Assembly: GCA_030141605.1 (NCBI GenBank)
Contig: JAQGDQ010000442.1
Location: 1-64,000 of the forward strand
DNA from: Tubiluchus corallicola
Taxonomy: Eukaryota > Animalia > Priapulida
Direction of reading: 5' to 3'
Length of the DNA: 64,000 bases
Shown here: positions 25,727 to 37,756 of the stretch, piece by piece
How positions within the stretch are numbered: the stretch's first letter is position 1
Layout of the letters: each line of letters opens with the position of its first letter
The notes under the pieces: generated by a model
Told to the model about the DNA's origin: nothing
Seen by the model: the letters and a program-made list of their open reading frames with translations, nothing else
Database searches by the model: none
Translations under genes and position numbers: made by a program

Positions 25727-26120
25727 TAGAGATTAACATTCTTTACCAGACAAAGCAAATTCGAATCGAATCGAATTTGACCATTGAACTCGAAGCAAGC
25801 CGAATCTCAGCATTTTCGAATTCTAATCGAGTTCGAATTCAGCTTTAAAGATTTTCGAATCACTAATAAAAAGCAGTCTCGCAAACGATGTGATTTGATT
25901 TTGTTCTGCAGTAAAACACTCATAATTTGTTTAGAAAAATGTGCACAGTTAAATTGTTCTGATATGATGATGTCTCAAATATTTTAATGATAAAGAATGT
26001 GGGTAGTTGAAGTGTGAATTATTCGAATATACAATTTTAGGGTTAAGTTGAATTTGAACAAAAAAACTCGTTAGAATCAAATTCGAATATTCGAAGTCGA
26101 GCGTTGGATGCTCAACCCTT
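25727..26120. mobile_element. hAT-type MITE related to 6578-6950
   Basis: Same TTCGAA-rich interior and GATGCTCAACCCT terminus. Confidence 0.65.
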
Positions 26121-26879
26121 GTTAGTAGCCTGTTAAAATGCATCAAGGAGAATAACTTTTCATAAAACTGATGTTATTTTAAATCACTTTTTCTTCATGT
26201 TCATGTTTGATTAAATTGACATAGTTATGTATTGCACTGTTCTGGCTGTAGCGATGTACAGTGCGGTTTATTAGATTACAATAATTAGAGAATGCAGCGA
26301 AATCAGTATTATAGATTCTACATTGAGTGCGCTGGCACTATTTTATCCCCTCAATAATTAGTAGTAACTGTAAGTGCTGTATAGCACTGGAAGGTGGTGC
26401 CCCCAATTTGCTGTGGTTTCGAGTGTACTGCCGCCGTGTGTGACTAGCTCATTGTTTTTACTGCAGAGCTGCAGACGACATAAATTATGACTATCGTAAA
26501 GGTTAGGTCAGTTTAATGCAACTTTTACGGATCGTGTCGTTTTATGCCATTAATAATGCATTATCGTTAATGTGTATAATTTGGGTTGTATGGTATAGCA
26601 TAGTTTGTATAGTATAGTATAGTTTATTTAGAGATGAGGCGTTGAGATGAACAGCCTCTTGTAGAATAAATTCCCTTTTGCGTATTAAATATTTCTGCTG
26701 TGCATGGTTTGCGATTGCGTATCCATTGTCCTTTTATTTTGCTACTGTTTGTTTATAAAAATCAGTTTAAAAAAATTTTTGTGTATGCATTATACCCTAT
26801 TAGCACTTACTTGTGTACGGTGATATAAATTAACTGCTCTGCATTGCTTTTACGTTCTTTTTTCTGTTATATAATCATA

Positions 26880-27272
26880 TACACATTATTTTTTCTTGCC
26901 GAGAATTTTGCAAACAACTGTACATTATTATCGATTTATTTAATTCATAACTAATTATTGTGATATTTATTCATCATCTGCATTTATTATTATTCTTTTT
27001 TTCACTTATGCCATTGTTGTTATGTTTGTTTTTGTATTTTTTTTTGTTATTGCTTTATTTTGATTATTTTATTTAAGTAATTAACAATAATTGCATCCTG
27101 TGTCATCAATTCTTTTTTCTGCTATTACAATATTAAATTATAAGGGTGAGTGACTAGATGACCTACGGGTTTTCCTCGCCTCCTTCTCCACGGATAAAGT
27201 TATTTTTTGTAAAATGGAAATTTGTGACACATTTGGAGAAAATAAATGTCTATGTCTATATGTCTATATGTC
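26880..27272 (+). mobile_element. Non-LTR 3' UTR fragment (hairpin + AATAAA + TCTATG-like tail)
   Basis: GACTAGATGACC motif and GGAGAAAATAAATGTCTATGTC end, shared with 8005-8339. Confidence 0.6.
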
Positions 27273-27634
27273 CATTGAACTCCACAACCTGACTTTTAAA
27301 TGCGTACCGGCAGTCACGCTGCGGCAAGGCCGCTTTAGATACCGAAATTTGCATCAATAGCGCGCCAGTCGCGGAGACCGTCAAAAGAAAATCGGTGTGA
27401 CTCAAAATCTACAGTGATTGGTCATCCATGTTCATTTTTAAGATTTCTTGTATATTTTCGTGACAAAAATTAAAAGAGAACTTGATGTTGCCTTAAGTTT
27501 TTATCATTAGTGTTTTTGTAAATGTAACTAGCAGTTTATGCTACTTGTTATATACCTGTCAACTTTTGAAACGTTAGAGTTGTTATTTCTTCTTCTGCGC
27601 TCGTAAAATCGGGTAACGAGTAACGTTTATGTAA

Positions 27635-29241
27635 GGCGTCGAGTAACCCACTAGCCGAAGTAGGACTAGGACACTTCCGGTAAAACGCATGTGCTAAATT
27701 TGCGGAAAAGCACTGTCGTACATAGTAAGTAAGTATCTTTATTTATCACCTTTTTTACAAGACATACACAATGCATGTCTAATATGGTAATTAATATGAT
27801 ATAAAGTGACAAAGTTATTAAATGAATAAATTATGAGTCAATGGTGTTCAAGTAATAGGTGAAAGGGTGGCGAAAAACTAAAAGTTACCAAAGTCAACCA
27901 CCCTGTAAGTAATGTTACTATTATTAATTAGTCATATGCTCAATTATCTTGATGAAGATTTTCAGAATAGTGAATGGTGAATAGATTAATGAATAGTACT
28001 AATGGCTACATATATATATTTATATATACATATATATATACATATATACACATAGATACACATGCATATATTATATACCCACTTGGATACCCATGCGCTT
28101 TCCATTTATGCGCATATACATACACACATATATATATGCTCATATATACACATACATACACACATACATATACACATAAATCAGGCAATTGGGGTTTAGA
28201 CATAACATAATGTACAATTTCTCAAGTAGCAGTGCAGTAATATATATAAAGATGTCATTGTTATTATTTCCATTTTAATTATCTCTATGGTAAAATTCAT
28301 GGTTAGTATCACTGTAAGTTAGGGTTAAGATCTTCAGCACATATAATAATTGAGTTTTAACCATTCATATTTATATACGGGTTGGCGAGTTCAATTTGAG
28401 CGTAATATTAGTATAAGTTTTAGTTACTTACATAGGCAGCCCAAGTAGGACTCTGTTAGTTGTATACTGTATTATGTTGACATAATAAAACGTAAAACTA
28501 AATTTGTTTTACAAAAAAGTAACTATAATAATGATGGATGACAATTTACAAAATTAATGTATTTTTTACAATAGCATCATCAGTATTATTAACTCCATTA
28601 AAATCATCATAACATTAAACTAAGTATCTAATGCTTTAAAGAGAGAAATTATGCACACAATTATTACAGAAATAATTGCAAGTTTAAAAATGAGACAGAT
28701 GCTGCTAAGCCTTCACAACACAAAAAATTAATTTTTAACTTTTCAGGAAAAGTAAGGACAATTAGTTTAATAATATCAATAGTATTGTAACATGTAGGGT
28801 ACTGTCGTACATGGTTTGCTAGCCCATGTACAGTACATGTCGCTAGAACGCTTACTTGAGAGAAAACAATTATTTGTCCAAGAGGTAGTGAAGCGGATCA
28901 CCTGTCTGTGAAGCCAGACAAATTAAAAAATGATAAACCTTAAACAAAATTTAATTTTGAACTCGCCTAAAAAGTGGGTTTATTTCACTTTAACAACATT
29001 AATATTGAAGCCAAATTTAATAGTGTCCGTTCTAGCAGCTCAAAATTATTTTATTTTATCAGGTGTATAAAAAATTATTCAACGTGTACTGACGTTTTTA
29101 ATTATTATTATTATTACATAAACAAGGAAACGGACGGTGCAGTAAGCTTAAAAACTCAATTCGCGACCTGTCTCCAGTGTCCTACTTGGGCAGCCCATGT
29201 ACGCCAATTGTCCTACATCGGCTAACGGGTTACTCGGTGCC
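27635..29241. mobile_element. TIR element (Harbinger-like) carrying a nested retro-insertion at 27724-28800
   Basis: 32-bp TIRs matching at 27/32 positions (GGCGTCGAGTAACCCACTAGCCGAAGTAGGAC), flanked by TAA/CAA. The nested insert is bounded by the direct repeat ACTGTCGTACAT at 27712-27723 and 28801-28812. Confidence 0.65.
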
Positions 29242-30781
29242 CAACAGTTTAAAATTCGTTGAAAGTTAGAAGTCACAATTTTTTGATAGTTAGCGATCGT
29301 TGCAGGATTGTTTTGGAGATATTTCAAAATTGTTTTTAGAAGAGAACTTTTTAGTGAATTTTGGCGTGTGGTTGTAATGAATCGTGCTGAATATCAACGC
29401 ACCGAACTGGCTTCACTAGCAGTTTAGGTGGTTCTCCTCATACCCTACTACCTTCCTATATCAGTCCCACTGCTGACACGCTACCTCCTTCCCACTCCAA
29501 CCCTCCCTTTTCTCTGCCACTCCATACACAATGATTGTGTATTTTATGTTAATGAATCTACTTAACTGTTAATTGTGATATTGTGTTGTTTTTCATAATC
29601 TCCATCTGTTCTTCCTACCTTCGATTAAGCACGAAAATTTTCCTGCATGGGCAACTATACCATTCGTCTGTTCATCAGTGCTATTCTCTCTATTCTGCGT
29701 TCGGTCGAGTTTTAGCGTTTGCCACCCTGTAGCAAAGTCTCGCAAACATTAGATGACAAACTTACTCAGCATTTGCTAAATGTTTCGGTCCTTAAAAATG
29801 CGTGAAGAATTTTGCAGCTCAAGCAATAAAGTATCTCTTGCGAAACAATCAAATTCCTTCACCTGACACGCCCCCCTCGTAAGTTGGCCCCGAAGCAAAT
29901 TGTTGTTCATTATTTTCTAATGCTAATTATTTGCTATTCATTATTCAACAGAAAGCCTGACCAAGACATCCCCATATTACTGTATTGAATATCCAACTTG
30001 CTCAAGGGAAGAGAGATGTTGGATTAACTCCTTCATTTTAGCATATTTAGTTTTTAACTACCATTCATTAGACACCAAGCAAATTATTCGTTGGTTATTT
30101 GTTATTCATTTTTCGTAAAATGCTAATTATTTGTTATTCGTATTCAACACAAAGCTTGGCTAGCACATCGCTATTGCTGTGTTGAACGTCCGACTTACCT
30201 CGTGAAAAAGAGACGCATTACCCATTGCGTTAAACAGTCCAGTAACACTTATAGAAAATGCCCTCCTTTTACGTTCCGAGTAGCACTTCTGCCTTGGTCA
30301 TTGATGATTAAATTTAACAAAAAACTTTACCTTTGCGAGGGAGGAAATGGGCGTCCCCCCTCTGAAATCCGAGGAAAGCGCTTGTTTCAAACAAAACAGT
30401 CAACCTGCAAACAACAAACGCAGGCAGGCGAAAACAGATGCATCAGACACATGGATTAATAAGAACTATAAATGGTTTTATTAAAACTTATAAAGATACA
30501 AAATAACACCAAACCCTGTAGAAATTTAACACAAAAGCGGCTTTCTTTCCGTCTGCTAAAAAAGTAGTCCCGACTCTTCCGCCTACTTGCCAAATAATCC
30601 CACATTAACAAAAAAAGAAGAAAATTGTTGTTCCCTACATTTCTAGCGAATATTTAGCTGATTCGCGATAACACTTCTTGATTTAGAATTAATCGATACC
30701 ATATTTATTCAATTTAATTTTACTTTGTTTCAGGGGTACTGAACTTACTAAGCGTTCAACATTGTGAATGCTAGAAGCAAT

Positions 30782-31478
30782 ATGAGCTCACGTGAAAGAG
30801 ACCTGGAAGAGACAAAAAAAGTGATCAGATCTCTTCTCATATCTCAGAAAGATGGTATGATCCTCAGTGAGCTCAGCAAGGACTTCTGGGATGTGAACGG
30901 TTACCAGATCCCGTTCCAGAAGTTCGGCTTCGTCACGCTGCAACAGTTCTGTGAAAGTATTCCCGACGTTTGCCAAATTATTCGCGTTCGCGATGAAATC
31001 GTTTTGAAAGCTGTCCCAGATGCAAAAACTGAGCATCTTAATCGTCTTGTGCAGCGGCAGAAAGCTTCTGGTGGAAAGGCTACGGGCACAAAAAGGGCCC
31101 AGTTGGGTATCAAATCCATGTCTGAGTATAATAGGCAGTGTTTACGTCCGACCAATGTGCCTCGGACAGGATCTAGTCCACAGAGACCCAGGCATCAGAA
31201 GTATAGTTCCGATTGCGAGCACAATATACCTGCAGAATTGCAGAGCTCGCTTAGGAAACTCCTGCAGGACTCGCATCTGGACGGAATCCCCGCGGCCCAT
31301 CTCATTACTAAATTTGAGAGGGCATTTGACCGACAATTGAACTATAAGAAATACGGGTTTGCCTCCCTTCGAAGTTTTTTGAAAGAGCTCGATTTCATCG
31401 ACACGGAAGACTTCCACACGGGCGGCTACAGGGTGATGCTAAAGTCGAGCCAGAAAGTGCAGCGGGCTGCAGCCAATG
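30782..31478 (+). CDS. TDRD5: TDRD5 coding exon 1: extended LOTUS 1 and LOTUS 2
   Basis: Acceptor TTGTTTCAG ending 30733; ATG 30782; KKVIRSLLISQKDG...IPFQKFGFVTLQQFCESIPDV...TEHLNRLVQRQK; second LOTUS LNYKKYGFASLRSFLKEL; donor G|GTAAAA, phase 1. Confidence 0.93.
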
Positions 31479-34400
31479 GTAAAACGGCTTACTCTAGATT
31501 TGCTTGTTTCAACGTTATGCAGTTTTATAATAAAAATAGTGTAAAATGGCAAGATTATCCACTGAAATGAGTGGGGAGGCGACTTTTGATGACGTTGTTA
31601 ACATAGATAAGTCGTAACATTTGATTATCAGCACCTTTATTAGAAAAAAACTTAATTACTGTGCTTAATGTTTGAATAGCTTGTTTGAAGGCTGTAATCA
31701 TTTGTTTCTAAATTGGTAATACTTTTCGATTTTCTACTTGCAGGCGGACAAGTGGGTTCTGTAGCGTTGCCTGGTTTATCTGTCCTTAACAACGACGATG
31801 ATGATGATGACGATGACGAAGTTAAAGTTAACTTGAAATTGGTAAGAAACGCTAATGGCATTTGACTGCTAGTATGCCTAGCCAATTATTTGTGAGGGAC
31901 TGATCGGTCTAAGTATGGAAACTTGTGTGAAAGATTTTAATGAAGTTCGTTTCGTAGTGTACTGTCCAGTCCTTAAGCTGCTTATCTTTATTGTTGTTTC
32001 TAGCTAAGTGGACTGTGTTTTGTTTAAAGGAAGACAGGATGATTTTTTTATATACTACCCCATTTTCAAGTCAGATAGAAGTATACATCTTAATACAATT
32101 AATACTGCAGATTAATTTCTGATAATTAAATAATAGATTAAGATCTTAATTAACGACGGATGTTCCCAACTATTGATGACGTCACAAAGTAGCATAATTT
32201 TAAACAGCAAAAATATTCCGCGGACGTGTTGCACATGTTTGCAATGGAGAAAATTGAAGTACAGTGCTACTGTAGGATATTCAGGGTGTTGTGCTAAAAC
32301 TAGGAAAGTTTTAAGATAAAAATTCAAACTTCAAAATTACCGCTGTGCTCACGCATGAACTGTCGAACATGTGAAGTTCATCTCAAACTAACACATCGAA
32401 CGGAGAGGTACAGCACCTGTTTTTTGTGCATCACGTTTCCAAAATGCGGGTGCTATTGCCCGTCTAACTAGCGAATAGCGAAATGCATGTAACAGCGAAG
32501 AACTAGTGGCTCGAACGCGAAATTGTGTTTGTGTGGTAATACTTTTTTTCACGTAAATCATTTTTGAGAAAATTAAATGTTTTCTTTCCATATTTTAAAG
32601 ATTAGATTGTTTTGACCTACAGTTTAAGATTGGGGCCAGTTTTGCTTTAATTGGAGAAATCACATCCTGTTTCGTATACTCATACAGCTACATCAAAGAA
32701 TTTCAAAATTATTGATACAATGCAGAAATAATATATTGACCTCATTTATTAATGGTGCTTTCTGTATGACCAACTCGACCCATTGGTCAACTATAAATAT
32801 GACGGCTGTGAATTTCTCTGCATCTGTCTTCAGCCTGCTAACAGTCTTGCTCTCTTCAGCTCCATCTAGTGCTAGAAATTTTAGTTACTCTTTATTTACA
32901 TCTTTGCCTAGGTCTACCTTCTGATTGGTTAGCGTGGTTCCATAACCTAGCATTGATTAAGGTATTCTGTGACTAAACCTTTTCACAGTTCCAGTGATTG
33001 GTGATGATTGTGAAAAGGTCAAAGGTTAAGTGTACCAGACAATGCATTTGTGTACACTTGACAACACCTTACTGTACATGCTATTGTAATAGTAACAGTT
33101 TTAACAGCTAGCTAGAACCTTACCTAGTTCATTTTTCTTGTTCCCAAGCAAGATCCTGCTAGTAAATCACTCTGTGTGCAGACTAATGTGTAATAAAGTA
33201 AATGGCACGCAAAACAACTGATGCGGCAGACGGCTTTGCTTTACCCACATGTCAAGAGCCTGTCGTAGTTAAGACGCATTACTGTGGTACACTTAACCTT
33301 TGACCTGCAGGAACTGCAGACGCTCACAACGAAATTGTGAAAAGGCTTATTCCTCTGCGTCTCTCTTCCGGCTGGTTGCGCTCTTGTTTTATGCAGCTCC
33401 ATCTAGTTGTAGAAAGTTCATTTACTCTCTGTTTATGTCTTTTGCCCAATTCTTGTTTTTGATTGGTTAGCGTGGCTTCTATTACCTTAGCGTAATATGG
33501 CCAATCAATTTAGACACGGACAGTTTGGTTTTGCCTAGTGGTTATATGTGTGAAGTTTTAACAAGTTTTTGTACGATGTGTTAATCCTGGAAATTGTAGA
33601 TTTGATTTTAACCAGTGTGTTTTTACCTATTGTAAGTGTTTTGTCTCGCAACAGCTTTTAAATATAAACAAAATTCTTGCTTTAATAAATTAAATTAGTA
33701 ATTATAAAATTTAGTAAATCAGTAATTCTAGGTGTAAACAGCCAGATTCTTTAGTTTTAACAATCTTGACTAATTTTAATACTTATTTTAAATGCACTTA
33801 GTTTTCCCACTTTTATTTTTACTTACGTTTATATATAAAATTATGCATTGATTAATTTCATCAATTAATATTCATTACCCATTATTAATTTTCACAGTAG
33901 ATTAACATTTTTATACAGTAGGCGCCGCTTAATATACTTACTTTGGCACCGACGTGTTTTGACCCAATTAACCGATTGAACCTATTAACCGATGGGTGTG
34001 GTATTACTGGTATAGAAGTATGAGTGCATCAGCTTACTGTGCACTGTAAAGGTTTTTAATGAATTTTAGAAATGGAAGTAATGCCTAAATTCCTCTGTGC
34101 AGTTAAAAATTAGAAAAATATTTTAAAATATTAATTTATATAAGTGAATTAGCAATAAATTAAAAAGTATACTTTTCTAAATCACAGACTTTTGTAAGTC
34201 TGTTTATTTGCAAAAATTACAAAAATTCCTTCAAAGTTGGCTGCTTCATTTTCTCACAAAGAAGTTGGCCCACAAAGTTCTCAAATTATAAAAACGTTGA
34301 AAATCAGTTGTTATGCGTGACTAAAATAGTTTTGAATCATCTGCTCACTTACATTGCTCTTATTTGCTGTACGGTGTTTACTCTTGTAAGTCGCAAGGAA

Positions 34401-37400
34401 TACCTGCTGATTACTGTACCTGCATCTCTCACTGTTAACTCATGAAACCTGAAAGCATGATTAGTAAGGAGAGCATCAAAAGGAAACCACTAGGCAAGTG
34501 ATTAAATGTTTAGTTTCCAGAAATTCTTTAGGTAACAGTGGGCGAGCGAGTAACAGATTCAAAGCAAAACCGCTATGCTAGCACATTAACACACGATAAA
34601 CGTACTTGTTTAAAAACAAAATGGTACTTAACATGATTGTTTCTGCATACAAGGGGTGCACAAAAGGGAAGTAAAGATGACATAAAAGTAGGAAAGGCTC
34701 TTTTGGCACATACAAATATCTTATTTTAAGTAGGTGAAGGAAAAATATTGAGTCAATTAAGCGAAGTTATTTGAGTCAATTACTGATAGTTTTTATGTAC
34801 ATTTGAATAGAAGCGGCGCTTTTGAGTCAATTAAGCGATTGAGTCTATGACCGATAGTTTTTATGTATATTTAAATAGAAGCGGCCCGTTCCAGGCGTTT
34901 TTGAGTCAATTAAGCATTTGAGTCTATTACCGGTGAGTCTATTAAGCAGCGCCTACTGCATAGACTTAGCTCAGCCACTTATTGATCATAATTTTGTATT
35001 TTTAGGTGCTAGATGATTATAAGAACGGTATTCATGTAACCAAACTACAAACAGAGTACAAGGTAAATTCCTAGATACTATTTCTGTTACAAGTTTTGCG
35101 TCAAATTATAGCCTGCATTTGACTGCAGTGATACCTCCAGATACGAAATTAATTACGGCTTTCGTATCTTACAATTTTCGTATTATGAGACAAGATTTAC
35201 CCTATAATTGGCGTAATTCGTTCCACCCACCCCTCGAAAACAGTCTTATAAAGTGTAAATATTATACCCACCCGAAAGAATGTTCTTTAGGTGAATTTGT
35301 TAAACTTGCTCAAGTCTGTATTTAGCCTGTTAAGTTCTATAAACACTCCTCTATGTGCGATTGCAATTGCGATACTCGACTCTCTCCACCTATCAGAGGC
35401 GGGCACCTTTATAGGGTGCAAAGTCTATTCTTCTCTAACGTGATCTTTTATTTGTCTTTTCCAAGTTTAATGTCTTTATTTGTCTTTATCCTGTATTCCA
35501 TGCATTTGTTCACTAGATTTCTAATATCTAGCAATCCTTCCTTTTCACTGTTCATTAATATATCTGAGTTCAAAATTTTTTTCCATTCTCCATATATGTC
35601 ACATCTAAGCATATGTTCAGTAGTGTCATCATCTTCCCCACACACTGGGCATAATAACTGATCCTTAAACTCATTCTTGTAGTTCCCTTTAACTTTAATC
35701 ATATTCAGTCTTATTTTCAATATATCTTTAACCTCTTCTGGCTTACATGTGTCTATGTAATTTTGTCGTTTCCACTCGGTATGCCTTAAAAATCTTAATT
35801 TAGCACTGCTCCTGCATTTTTCTGCACATTCATTCTTTATACAACATTCAATCTTATTTTTATTTCTTTCTTCCATTCAGACTTTTTCATGACCTTCACC
35901 CTTTCTTTATTAGCATCTATGGTATTTTTTTGCAGCCTCAACTACTTCATTATACCATGACCTTTCATGTGCACTGTTTATTTGCATTTCGAGTACCTCT
36001 GATGCTAATCTCTTTGGTTTACTAATCAGTAAATTCCGATAGAACATCAATCTCCTATAATTCACTTTATGTTTTAGAGGCCATATGCCTATTTCAGTTA
36101 CTAATCCCAGTACGACATTGATTCACTAAGATTAAATAAGGTTTTTAAAGCATTTGCTTGAATCATTTCTAATTTCTCCCAATATGTGCAGTATGTCCAT
36201 GAGATGTTTTCTATCATTTTTTAAGGAAATAGTTGAATTATCTTGGAGAGCAATGCCGAGTCTGGTCGGTGAACGTATGGGTAACAGTCGTGTTCAGGAT
36301 TCACTGTACCAGTTCTGGCTGTGTACCATATTAGCGTGAATATTAGAGACATGGCTTTGATAAGCAGAAGAGTCCAGTCCCACTACAAGCATTCGCATTG
36401 AATATGCCTTGCCATTGAGTACTGCATTCTAACTTGAAGTATTCCAAGTATCCACCGATCAGTCAAAATGAACCAACAACCATATCAGTAATTCATAGAT
36501 CGAATGAGATCAAACTTTTGGTCACCCTGTACCATCTGGAGGTCACCCCATACAAATCTAAGTTGTTTTTTTCAGAAGCTCACAGGACACGACTTGCCCT
36601 ATAAACAGCGTGGTTTCACCAATGCTGTCAGCCTGCTGGATGCTTCTGGATTTCATATTGAGAGGCCCGATTCCAGGGGTGATTGGATCGTAACGGGTAA
36701 GTGAGGCATGCGCTTTAATATTCAAATCCACAAAAGTTTCAAAATCCATGTTCAGCAGTGTGAGAGTGACGTAGTTAAAGCTGTTTTTTTCTTTAAACAT
36801 ATCTTACTTAAAGGACAAGAAAAGGGGCACCAAAAGTAGGTTTCAGAAATATTGCCTTAAAAAATTATACTACTTTACAGCAATTTTATACACATATTGT
36901 ACTCGCGGTGAAGGGAATTTTTGTTGGTTTGCATTTTAAATTTCCCGCAATGCTGTTCCGATGACGCCATTACATGACATCACCTATGCAGACGTTAATC
37001 AGGGGAAGAAAAGGCGATGTTAAATTATGTCCGAAAAAACTTTCCATGCAATTCTATATTAATTAGCATTTCGCTTACCTGTTGGAAAGACCTGTTGGAA
37101 TTGCTAGAAATAATAACATAAAATATTCCTGCCAATTGGTAAAACATCATTGGCTCGCCCTCCTGGATGCGCCACTCATTAACCAAAAAAATACATTTGC
37201 AATCTTATTGACAGAATACAGTAATTTAAAATTTCACTTAGTTAGTAACACGTGTGCTACAAATGCCCTGATTATTTTTTCAAACTTTACTCAGTGTTAT
37301 CTAAACTTGTTTCAAATCACCTACCATCAAAATGCCTGCGTCTAAATTTACACATTTTATACAGCGTTATGGCTGACACAAACCGTGCATGCAAAAAGGC

Positions 37401-37612
37401 AGTATGCAAGTGGTTAGACAAATTTTTTTAGCTCTATGTAACTGGGGGGTTTTCGTGTGCTTTAATCAACCACTTGTATACATTATACATAACCGATTAA
37501 TAATACCTTTAATGCAAAGAAATACGTGTTAAAAACTGTGATGTCTGTCCCTGCCCCCTCCTCTCTCTGTGTCTTTCTCTCTCTCTCTCTTCTCTCTCTC
37601 TTCTCTCTCTCT

Positions 37613-37650
<38 letters not shown>

Positions 37651-37669
37651 TCTCTGTCTCTCTCTCTCT

Positions 37670-37756
<87 letters not shown>

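Noticed and set aside
30764-31570. The 268-aa ORF as a complete single-exon LOTUS protein
   Set aside because: The listed start is GTG; the ATG is at 30782 and the frame exits at the donor after 31478. The remainder is intron read-through.
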